Positions 1 to 10,795 of a DNA stretch of 55,720 nucleotides are shown in pieces. The DNA comes from Prorocentrum cordatum (lineage: Eukaryota), in the NCBI GenBank assembly GCA_963575745.1, contig CAUYUJ010000140.1, positions 62,001 to 117,720 of the forward strand, given 5' to 3'. A program made the translations under genes and the position numbers. Under the pieces are notes generated by a model. That model searched no databases and was not told where the DNA came from. It was given only the letters and a program-made list of their open reading frames with translations. Numbering within the stretch: position 1 is the stretch's first letter; each line of letters begins with the position of its first letter.

Positions 1-580
1 TGACCCATGGGAACTGCTTGAACAACTCGCATCGAAACACCTTCCATTCGATGCCCTCGTCGCAAGACTTTGCGTAATCGGGTTGCACGTTCCGCAATCT
101 CCCCAATGACAACTTACCATCATGCGATATGTTGTCAAATCGTTATGGCATTGGCGTTGGCACGGGAACTTCTGCGTTAAAGCAACGCAAACCCATGCTC
201 GTGTGCCCGCAAGTATAGCTTGCGAACTTGGCATCGCAATCATAGTGAGGTAACTGGCCTGGAGGATCACGCATGATTTTGAAATTGAACGTCTTGATCT
301 TCTCATACTCAGGTGTGTCCACTGGTGGGAGCTCCATGCAAGCTGGATCCATGAGGGCCGAATTTCCGAAACCATTCCTGAAGATCTTCACGATCAAATC
401 CAACCCCTCGCTCGGGACAATACCATCCCCATACCGATTCTCCGTACACACAAACATAAATATTGAATGTATCTTCTCCACCCTGAGGCAATCGATGTTC
501 CTGGCGATCCCACAGACATCCTCAAACAATGAAACCACAGGCGCGTATGGCTGCAAATGCGCTTGCTTGATTGGCATCAT
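1..580 (-). pseudogene. Degraded intronless coding sequence, probable retrocopy; weak ParB/Srx-like resemblance
   Basis: ORF 143-580 ends at TAA, but the same frame stays open to the window edge (RFDNISHDGKLSLGRLRNVQPDYAKSCDEGIEWKVFRCELFKQFPWV). It is preceded by degenerate SL relics at 644-679. The ParB-like idea rests only on the motifs ENRYGDG...IFRNGF and CGHTSMGLR and is inference. Confidence 0.5.
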
Positions 581-643
581 CTCACCACTGACATTCGTTC
601 TATGTTTATTCTAGGGAGGCGTTCATCACGCCGTGTGAAAGAA

Positions 644-679
644 TCCGAGCCCAAACGGCTTGAGCCAAAACTCGACGGA
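644..679 (-). other. Degenerate tandem dinoflagellate spliced-leader relics
   Basis: Minus strand reads TCCGTCGAGTTTTGGCTCAAG (last 12 nt identical to DinoSL, 5' TCCGT kept), then CCGTTTGGGCTCGGA (10/15 to the relic CCATTTTGGCTCAAG), ~65 nt upstream of the ORF at 580. Confidence 0.6.
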
Positions 680-1842
680 TATGCACAACAAACATGCAAC
701 AGAGGACTGCGTATTCGAGATGATATGTCGAATTTGCAACGCACCGCATTCTTGCAACGCTCGAGACAAGATTCTGAATGCGTTCACACGCAAGTTGATC
801 ATACTTTCCTATATGCATGGCCAAGAAAAGTCCAAGAAATGCTTGCGCTTTTGAACGCAACATTCAAGGACATTGCAATGCAACAACCTGGTTTTCAAGT
901 AAGCATGTATAAGTTAGCGAACTTAGTAACTTTGCGAGTTCAAGCTATCTGCCTCCAACTGCACCACCCGAGTTAGCCGACTTAGTAGCGCTACTAATGC
1001 TTATAACCGACTTGTAACATGGTTACAACTGAAGCTAACAATTAGTAAAACCGAGGGCCTTCAGAGGGGGGGGGGTCGAACTGGTAGTGACCACCCCCCG
1101 GTTTTCCGCCAGCAGCGGTAGAACAGGCTCTTTCCGTCCTTATACGCCAACGCTGCCCCTGGAGAGGGGCCTCTGGAGGCCAACGTCGGTCGCCAACGTC
1201 GGTCGCCAGTCCAGGGTGACGCCTGCCGGAACCCGCAGGCGCGCTGAGCCGTGCACCATCGCCGCCTCGGAGAGCGCGGTGTAGCCGGAGTGGTCCACCG
1301 CCTCGAGGTGAGGAGCGGGCGGGCGAAACGCGGAATCCGATGGACCTCCTCCGCCCCCAGGGCCGCCCGTCACAAGACGGCCGACAAGTGCACAGCCCTA
1401 CGGCATCACGGGGGGGTGGAAGCTCTCCAGCCGCCCTGGGACGGTCGCCCACGATAGCGGAAAAGTCTGTCAGACCTTGTTCGTCCGCCAGATGACGGGA
1501 GGACCTTTCTGTGCCACCTCCAACAGACGGCCGAGTGTGAACCTAACCCCTGCAGGTCAGATTTCTGAAACACCGCGGGGGCTCAGAACTCGAAGGGGGC
1601 TTCGGCCAATTGAACCCCAACGGGGTGTCTGGACCAGCAGGAGTAATCGCGCAGTGTCTTCGATACCTATCCCAATGATGGGAAACTGTATTCCACAGGC
1701 TTAGTGACGGATTGGGGCCCCAACTTTTGAAAGTGATTATTCCAATGCGGCGGCCACCGTCCAGGCCTCTGCTATAGTCGTCGACGCCGCCGTCGTCGTC
1801 ATCGCACTCGCACGCCACGTGCTGGTGATATGCCGAAAAAAC

Positions 1843-2027
1843 CTCCTCCTCCTCCTCCTCCTCCTCCTCCTCTCCCTCCTCCCCTCCTCCTCCTCCTGTT
1901 TCCTCCTCCTCCTCCTCCTCCTCTCTCCTCCTCATCCTCATCCTCATCCTCATCTCATCATCCTCATCCTCATCCTCATCTCATCCTCATCCATCCTCAT
2001 CCTCCATCCTCATCCTCATCCTCATCC

Positions 2028-2094
<67 letters not shown>

Positions 2095-2095
2095 G

Positions 2096-2181
<86 letters not shown>

Positions 2182-2419
2182 TCCCTCCTCTCTCCTCCCT
2201 CCTCCTCCTCCTCCTCCTCCTCCTCACTCTCCTCCTCCTCTCCCCCTCCTCCCTCCTCCGTCCTCCATCCTCCCTCCTCTCTCCTCCCTCCTCTCTCCTC
2301 CTCCTCCCTCCTCCCTCCTCCCTCCTCCTCCTCCCCTCCTCTTCCTCCTCCTCCTCCTCCTCCTCCTCCTCCACCTCCTCTTCCTCCTCCTCCTCCTCCT
2401 CCTCCTCCTCCTCGTCCCT
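1843..2419. repeat. Compound (CCT)n/(CAT)n/(CCT)n microsatellite
   Basis: Directly visible trinucleotide runs. Confidence 0.97.
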
Positions 2420-5400
2420 GTTGGTAGCGGACGTCGGGCTTGATATGGAGTCGCCCGAGGCCGTCATGAAGTTGGCGAAGCACTTGCTGAACATTGGGCG
2501 CTGGCTGGAGCGAGTCAGCAAATCGACAGCGTTGCAGGCGATCGACCCTTGGGTGGGCAACTTCTTCGCCTCTGGCTTCCAGATGTTCTCGGACCCGCAC
2601 GTCGAGGACAGTGTCGATGCGATCCTTGCTCGAGCTGATGAGGTGCTGGATACCTATGGCAAGAAGTGCCTGGAGGGCTGGAAGACATGGGCGGCCAGCT
2701 CTTCCGAGAAGGGGGCTGGACAGGCTCATCGCCACACCAGAGCGAAAGCAGCCCAGGAGATCTACGACTGGGGCAACCTGCACAACGACCTGGCCCAGCC
2801 GCACGTGCTTGCCGACAAATCCATGAGGTCCTGGGACAATATATGGGGACTGCATGAACAACAGGTCGTGGCGCTTCCGGCCGGCGCAAGTTCGTGGGCA
2901 ACACTCCCTGACATCACGGTCGCAAAGTTGCGTGCTGCGGCCCTTTCTTTTCCATGGCACACTGGAGTTGGCCAATTTCATGTTTCGCCTCGAAGCCTTT
3001 GGTATGTGAGCCATGTGGGGCTGTATGTGCTGGGCCAGTTGTTCTCAGCATGTGAAAGGCTGCACCAGTGGCCGCAGAAGCGTGTGGTCACCCAGATGGT
3101 CAGGCTGCCGAAGGAATCTGGCGGCAGCAGGCTCGTTGCCTTGATCCACGCGCTGCTGCGAGTGTGGGGCCGTGTGAGAAGGCCTCTTGCAGCTTCTTGG
3201 CAAAGCGATCACGTTGTGGAGGCCTTTTGGGGCACTGGGGCGGGTCGTTCGTCGGTTGACTGCGCTTTCAGTTTGAACTTGGAGGCAGAGATCGGCCACG
3301 AGCTGGACGAGGATGTGGTCAATGCCTCCCTTGACAGGATGAAGTGCTACGAGACGGTGCGGCTCGACGCTCTCTTGACGGAGGCTTGCGCGGTGGGCTT
3401 CCCACCCCGCCTGTGTTGGATGGCGGTGCAGACGTATGTACAACCACGTCTCATCAAGGCGTACGGGGGGCTGTCGTATGCGGTTGTCTCGCTGCAGGAC
3501 ATCTTGGCGGGCTCGCTCCTCATGGTCCTGCTGTACCGCAGTATGCAGAGCACGGTTAGCAATTTTATAAATGTGACTCCTCGCGCGATGATTGATGACA
3601 TCAGCTTTCAGTGGGTGGGGGAGCGGGCTGTGGGGCTGAGGCGGGACGGGAGGGATCCTGTGCATGAGCTCTACGCTGCTCTCCGTGCCTTTGTAGATCT
3701 TGTTAAGCCGTTGGGGTTGCGAGTTCAGTTCCCCAAGTGCGGTTTTGTTGCTAGCACTGGTCGTGCTCGTGAGCGGTTTAGTCGTTTTGCTGGTCTTTTG
3801 AAACTGGCTTCGAAGAAGGCCATGCAAAATATTGGGCACGAACTCCATGGGCCCCGGGTCCTGCGGGCCCAGGAAAAGTCTCGGGTGCGCAAAGTTTGTA
3901 CGCGCAAGGCCAAGCTGCTTAATCTCCGTCGTGCGGTGGGGAACCGAGTAGCCGGCCTGTGGCGCACAGGGCTCATGCCCTCGGCTGCGCACGGTGTTGG
4001 AGTGTCAGGAGTTTCTGACACTGCGCTCCGCACCCTTCGCACTATGGCGGGGGGGGCTGGCGGGGCGAAATCGATGTGCTGCCTTTCGTTGTACCTTGCC
4101 GCACAGGCTAGCTTCAGATATGATCCTGTTCTTGGTGCCACAACTTCGCTTGTGTGCCGTTACGCTGCCTGGATCTGGGAGCAGCGGGTGAGCCCTAGTC
4201 GCCTGCGCCGTGCCTGGGGCCGCATCAAGGAGCGGCTTTCTAGCCGAGTGACCTGGGCCGGAGCTCGGGCCCCATCTCCTCGACCTTCCTCACCCTCCTC
4301 AGAATTGGTTGGAACATGTTGCCCCCTACTGTGATTGTGGACGACGTAGGCAGGCACGTGGATTTGTTGCGCACCTGCCCTTCGGATGTGAAGCGATTTC
4401 CGGAGGAAGGTTTGCAGCGATGGCAGTCTCAAAGAATTCTGGCTTATTTCGAAGACAGTGCCGGCGAAACGTGTTGGCTTCGTGCTATGGGATCCTCGAC
4501 GAAGTGTTGGGGGATCCAGATGCGAGTTCCCTCAATTATGTTGGCAACAGTTGGGCCGACATGTTTGCCAAGTGGGGCGCCGCTAGTCATGCTGTTGGGG
4601 ATGTCTTGGTTGACGTCCACAAGCGAGAGCTGAAGCACGCGAAGGCCGCCGCTAATGTCTTTGCCTGGATGGTGCAGGCTGTGGCCCAGAAGTCGGCCGC
4701 GCTCCTTCCTCGGTCTCTGGAGCCACACGGCTCGGTGGAAGCCACGCGTATGCTCGAGCCTGCCCTGTCTCTCATTTCCCATGAGCTGTGGGTGTGCAAG
4801 CGTACTGGTGAGCAGAGGTGCGCGCAGTGTAACCACTTTGCTCGCACGCAGCTTTCGTTGAAGTTATTGCGAGCATCTGCGTGTACACCGAACGCCATCA
4901 AGCAAGGAGCGGCCGCCCGTTTTTTCCAGCTCTCACCTGATGTGTATGAGCCCCTGCTCCTGGCCCCTGCGGCCGAGTAGGCCATCCAAGCCGATGGCTT
5001 CGATCCTTCCCCTCTTCCTCCCTCGGTGGGCGAGGGGGAGGGGGCGGTGAAACGGGAGGTTGCGGCGTACCGTGCGCTTGGCCACGAGGCCGAGCGGCAT
5101 GGACGCGCTTTGATATGCCTGGAGTGTGGAGCGTTTATTGTCGATCAGGGTCGGAATCCAAAATTGATAAGACCTGTGTCGGACGATCTCGCGTCCCCTC
5201 CACGAGGGCCAATGAGGAGGCCCAGGTCTCTAGAGCTCTGCGAGGCCTTCACCCTCGCACGCGAGATCTGTTGGCTCCTCTCTCTCTCAGTCCGGGCCGG
5301 CTCGGCTAGAAGCGAGTTTTCCCCTGTGGAGGCGGGGGCGGGGGGTGGGGGAGGCGGAGGCGGAGCGAGCGTGTTGCCCTCTGCCTCGGCGTCGTCGTCG

Positions 5401-5681
5401 TCCGCTACCCCACCGCCACAGGCGCCGCCGCCTGCTGTGGGGCGCGGCGGTGCTGGCCTTCGTGGCCGTGCTCGCGGCCGCGGACGCGGCGCTGGCAGGC
5501 GAGGACCGCCCGCCCCCCGCCCCTCCCGTTAGTGTACGCACTCCAACTGTTTCTGACGGTTCGTCGTACGCGTCTTACGCCGCCCCAGGCTGAAAGCCTG
5601 GGCCCTTTGGCTTCTGGCCCCCTTTTAACTGCTGGCTGGCGATCGTGACTCGGCCGCCTCCTCAGCTGTCCTGTCCTCCTT
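2420..5681 (+). mobile_element. LINE-A: 5'-truncated, decayed non-LTR retrotransposon (RT + RNase H remnant + Cys/His motifs)
   Basis: RT motifs RLPKESGGSRLVAL..LRVWGRVR, SLDRMKCYETV and AMIDDIS; RNase H C-terminal motif GNSWADMFAKWGA; HELW..CAQC and H..LICLECG motifs. Identical 17-bp flanks TCCTCCTCCTCGTCCCT at 2403-2419 and 5682-5698. Confidence 0.88.
2446..4334 (+). pseudogene. Reverse transcriptase ORF of LINE-A (frameshifted before RNase H)
   Basis: Non-repetitive part of ORF 1830..4334 contains the non-LTR RT motifs; coding continues in other frames (4316..4633, 4309..4980). Confidence 0.85.
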
Positions 5682-6599
5682 TCCTCCTCCTCGTCCCTCC
5701 TCCTCCTCCTCCTCCTCCTTCTCCTCCTCCTGCTCGTTTTGATCCTTATACGCAAAGTCCGAGCCAGAGACGCCCGTTGCGTGGGAGGACGAGGGGGAGG
5801 ATGAGGAGGGGCAAGACGAGGAGGAGAAAGACGAGTTATGTTCCTAACCGAGGGCTTAGGGGGGTCCCCCTTAACAGTCAAGACCCTCTGAGGTTACAGT
5901 GAGCAAGTGGTGGCAAATCGAAGGCACTGAATCCGAAAGAGCTGACACATCTTGGGGTGCCGGGACGCCGGGGTCAGCCCAAGCCCAGGTCGGCCAGGTC
6001 CCTGTCGCGAAACCCAGCTGGCCGCTCAGCAGCTCCCAGACCCGAGCCAGTGGACAGTGGAGGAAAGGTGGAAACTTGCCCCACGTGGCTCCCAACCCGG
6101 GGCCAGCCAGCGGGAATTGCCCAGAAGTGCATGTCCTGATGGTTTCACCACGGGTCCCTGCACTCCTCCCTCCTCCCTCCTCCCTCCTCCCTCCTCCCTC
6201 CTCCCCCTGGGCCTATTGCTCCTCCCGCGGAGTCTTCAGACGATCCCCCGAGTCCCGGCACGGGCCCCGAGAGGCCGACAAAATGGCCAAAGACCTCCCG
6301 CCATGAGCTGTGCTGCGACGCGAGCACGTCTGGGTGGTTCACCCCCCGCCAGCGCTGACCCCCCCGTTGTTGGCGGCGCGAAGGGGGGGGAGGGGGGAGG
6401 GCGAGGGGCTAAGCCAGGTGCGCTCGAGTCATATCTGACGTCCTACCCCATCCCTCCCATCCCTTACCATGGCGCAGATCTCCTCTCTATTCGCACAACC
6501 GGATGTCGCAGCATGGCATATGATTACGTGGCTTAACACGGTGTTGAAGATCTGCTTTCTTCGGGAGGATATTTTCTAAATTTTGGGGCCTGTATGGAG

Positions 6600-7115
6600 G
6601 GGCCGAAAAACATGCCGTGGCATGGCGCTGGAAATAATGACGCCAGCGCTGCAGCGGGAGCACGATTCGGAACGAGCGGAAGCGTGGAAATGAGGCCAGC
6701 GCTGCAGCGGGAGCACGATTCGAAAGGAGCGGTAGCTCGAAAATGAGGCCAGCGCTTCAGCGAGAGCAGCATTTTGAACAAAAGCCCAAGCGCGGAAGCG
6801 CGGAAATGAGGACGCGCAGCCCAAAAATTGCGGGGGGCTTCTGCGGACCAGAAAATCAACGAATCGACACCGAATGTGGAATCACTTCCGATTGACTGTT
6901 TCGGGGGGCCTTTTTTTAATCTTGAAGCCATTTGGTACGACCGAGAACACTGCCGTGACATGGCGCTGGAAATAATAGCGCCAACGCTGCAGCGGAAACA
7001 CGATTCGGAACGGGTGGAAACGCGGAAATGAGGCCAGTGATGCAGCGGGAGCACGATTCGAAAGGAACAGTGGCCCGAAACTGACGCCAGCGCTTCAGCG
7101 ATAGCAGCATTTTGT
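6600..7115. repeat. Dispersed repeat family with ~45-bp internal units (GAAATGAGGCCAGCGCTGCAGCGGGAGCACGATTCG)
   Basis: About 1.5 tandem copies here; homologous copies at ~9275-9560 and ~11033-11360. Confidence 0.85.
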
Positions 7116-7255
7116 ATGCTACATATATCGGAGGTTGGGGGGTGAGATCGAAGTGGAACGGAGAGCCCCCCTACCGGGAAATCGATTTCGGTTTCGTGTT
7201 CGTGCGTGCCGCGCGGGCGAGGCGAAGCTGCGTGGGCGGGCGAAAGAAAATCTCC

Positions 7256-7450
7256 TGTGGCTGAGGCGCGGCCGGAGAAAAAGAACCTTGACCGGGCGGC
7301 CGGTGCCCCGCGGTGTCCCGCCAGTGTCCCGCTAGTGTCCCGTGTGGCTGAGGCGCGGCCGGGGCAAAAGAACCTTGACCGGGCGGCCGGTGCCGCGCGG
7401 TGTCCCGCCGGTGTCCCGCTGGTGTCCCTTCGGTGTCCCGTCGGTGTCCC
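7256..7450. repeat. ~87-bp tandem duplication plus GTGTCCCG subrepeats
   Basis: TGTGGCTGAGGCGCGGCCGG...AAGAACCTTGACCGGGCGGCCGGTGCC occurs at ~7256 and ~7343. Confidence 0.85.
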
Positions 7451-7782
7451 GATGATGACGTGGATGATTATGATGATGATGATGGTGGTGATGATGATGA
7501 TGATGGTAATGATGATGATGTTGATGATGGCGATGATGATGCTGATGATGATGATGATGATGGTGATGATGATGTTGGTGTCGTTGATGATGGTGATGAT
7601 GATCATGGTGATGCTGATGACGTCGATTGTGAGATCGATTGTGATTTCGATAGTGAGACCGAATGTGAGATCGATTGTGCGATGCTGATGGTGATGATGG
7701 CCATGATGGTGGTGATAATTTTGATAATGATGACGACGTTGATGATGATGATGCTGATGAAGATGATGATGATGATGATGAC

Positions 7783-7813
<31 letters not shown>

Positions 7814-7870
7814 TTAATGGTGATGTCGGTGATGATGATGACGACGTCGATAGTGATATCGATTGTGAGA
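7451..7870. repeat. Degenerate (GAT)n microsatellite
   Basis: Directly visible. Confidence 0.95.
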
Positions 7871-8495
7871 TCGGCAGCGAGACCGAATGGCAACGCAACT
7901 ATCTCCACTGGTATTGTCACAACAACATTCACCACTGTTGCCCATTGTTCCCCCCCCAACCTCCTTATCACCCGCAGGGTGGTCGTATAGGTGTATATAT
8001 ACACAACAACACACAACATCCTGGCAAAGGACCCGACCATATGCAGTTGTGAATACCGCAATTTTGAATCTGCCAGCGCTCCCCATGGGGTCACGAACCG
8101 TGCGGGGGGCGTGCCAAAATGCGTGGCGGGGCACACAACGCGAGCGAAGACGATAGGCCTGTGTGCGAGAGGCTGAGCGCGAATGAATCTGATTGTGAAT
8201 GAGTCTGCGTGCGAATCAGTCTACGTGCATAAACGTCGACGTCCATGTCGGCACGCTACTCCCGAGGATCGCGCCCGCTTCCTTCCCGTTCTTTTCTTCT
8301 CTCTCTCTCTCTCTCTCTTTGCCCGTGCACGCCCATGTCCGAGGCTGCGGGCGCGGCGCCGCACGGAGTCCCCGCGACGCACGCCGGACGCCCCGAAGGT
8401 GTCCCGGCGACGCGCACGGGTCGTCCGCTGGCTGGCTGATAGCGGGCAAGGCTGCGGCCGACGGGCAGAGAGACGACTGGGAGTGCCGAAAATAA

Positions 8496-9120
8496 GGCGG
8501 CGCCGCCATGCGGGCTGCGCCATTGGGGCCTCAGGTGGAGCTCCCTATGGCCCCACGAAACGTGTGACGGGTGTGCCAAAATAGGGCGGCGCCGCCATGC
8601 GGGCTACGCCATTGGGACCTCAGGTGGAACTCCCTATGGGGCCACGAAACGTGTGAGGGGTGTGCCAATAATAAACCGGCGCCGCCATGCGGACTGCGCC
8701 ACTGCGACCTTAGATGGAGCTCCCTATGGGGCCACAAAACGTGTGAGGGGTGTGCCAAAGTGGGGCAGCGGCGCCATGCGGGCTGCGCCACCGGGACCCT
8801 AGATACAGCTCCCCATGGGGCCACGAAGCGTGTGAGGGGTGTGCCAAAATGGGGCGGCGCCGCCATGCGGGCTGCGCCATTGGGATCTTAGGTGGAGCTC
8901 CCTATGTGGCCACGAAACGTGTGAGGGGTGTGCCAGAAATAAAGCGGCGGTGCCAGGCGGGCCGCGCCACTGGGACCCTAGATGGAGCTCCCTATGGGGC
9001 CACAACACCTGTGAGGGGTGTACCAAAATGGAGCGGCGCCGCCATGCGGGCTGCGCCACTGTGACCTTTGGTGGAACCCCCTTTATGAGGCCACGAAACG
9101 TGTGAGGGGTGTGCCGAAAA
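8496..9120. repeat. 89-90-bp minisatellite, ~7 units
   Basis: Unit GGCGGCGCCGCCATGCGGGCTGCGCCAYTGGGACCTYAGRTGGAGCTCCCTATGGGGCCACGAAACGTGTGAGGGGTGTGCCAAAAT; starts near 8496, 8585, 8675, 8764, 8853, 8943, 9032. Confidence 0.95.
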
Positions 9121-10085
9121 CAGAAACATGCGGAGAGCATGGCGAGGAGGGGGAGGAGGGAGGAGGGGGAGGAGGAGGAGGGGAAGGAAGGAAGGAGAAG
9201 GAGAACGCGGGGCACCGTCTCTTCAAAACGAGGACCCAACACCACAGGATGGTTTTGGGGGGAAAACGGATGCGCGGAAATGAGGACGCGTAGCTTGGCA
9301 TAGCATGGCGTGGCGACGCCCCAAGGTTGGGTGGGCTTCTGCGGCCCAAAAAATCAACGACTCGACACCGAATGTGTAGTCACTTCAATTTTTTTTTCGG
9401 GAGGCCATTCTCTAAGTGTTGGGGCCATTTGGTGCGACCGAAAGACATGCCGTGGCACGGCGCTGGAAATGATGACGCAAGCGATGCAGCGGGAGCACGA
9501 TTCGAAAGAAGCAGTAGCCCGAAAATGAGGCCAGCGCTTCAGCGATAGCAGCATTTTTGCATGCTGCACACACATACATATACATGTGTGAATATGTATA
9601 CACACATACACACAACATACCCTGGCGAAGGACCCAACCATATGCAGTTGTGAATACCGCAATTCTGAATCTGCTCGCGCTCCCCATGTGGTCACGAAGG
9701 TTGCGAGGGGCGTGCCGAAATGCGTGGCGGGGCACACAACGCGAGCGAAGACGATAGGCCTGTGTGCGAGAGGCTGAGCGCGAATGAATCTGATCGTGAA
9801 TGAGTCTGCGTGCGAATCAATCTACGTGCATAAACGTCGACGTCCATGTCGGCACGCTACTCCGGAGGATCGCGCCCGCTTCCTTTCCGTTTTTATCTTC
9901 TCTCTCTCTCTCTTTGCCCGTGCACGCCCATGTCCGAGGCTGCGGGCGCGGCGCCGTGCGGAGTCCCCGCGACGCACGCCGGTCGCCCCGCAGGGGCCCC
10001 GGCGACGCGCACGGGTCGTCCGCTGCGCGGAGCAGAGAGAGCTAGCTGGCTGGCTGATAGCGGGCAAGGGAGTGCCAAGAAAAAC

Positions 10086-10795
10086 GGCGGCGCCGCCATG
10101 CGGGCTGCGCCACTTGGATCTTAGGTGGAGCTCCCTATGGGTCCACGAAACGTGTGAGGAGTGTGCCAAAATGTGGCGGCGCCGCCATGCGGGCTGCGCC
10201 ATTGGGGCCTCAGGTGGAGCTCCCTATGGGGCCACGAAACGTGTGAGGGGTGTGCCATAAATAAGGCGGCGCTGCCATGCGGGCTGCGCCACTGGGACCC
10301 TAGATGGAGCTCCCTATGGGGCCACAACACGTGCGAGGAGTGTACCAAACTGGGGCAACGGCGCCATGCGGGCTGCGCCACTGGGACCCTCGATGGAGCT
10401 CCCTATGGGGCCACGAAGCGTGTGAGGGGTGTGCCAAAATGGGGCGGCGCCGCCATGCGGGCTGCGCCACTTGGATCTTAGGTGGAGCTCCCTATGGGGC
10501 CACGAAACGTGTGAGGGTGTGCCAAAATGGGGCGGCGCCGCCATGCGGGCTGCGCCACTTGGATCTGAAGTGGAGCTCCCTATGGGGCCACGAAACGTGT
10601 GAGGGGTGTGTCAAGAATAAGGCGGCGGCGCCAGGCGGGCTGCGCCACTGGGACCTTAGGTGGAGCTCCCTATGGGGCCACGAAACGTGCGAGGAGTGTC
10701 CCAAAATGGGGCGGCGGCGCCGTGCGGGCTTCGCCATTGGGACCTTAGGTGGAACCCCCTATGAGGCCACGAAACGTGTGAGGGGTGTGCCGAAA
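10086..10795. repeat. 89-90-bp minisatellite, ~8 units
   Basis: Same unit as 8496-9120. Confidence 0.95.

Noticed and set aside
1543..2560. Poly-His/Pro/Ser/Glu proteins (also 7332-7990, 24986-28316, 38059-38726)
   Set aside because: Translations of trinucleotide microsatellites.
8496..10795. CRISPR array or hammerhead-ribozyme tandem
   Set aside because: Units are homologous along their whole length with no spacers; GAAAC is present but the CTGANGA core is absent.
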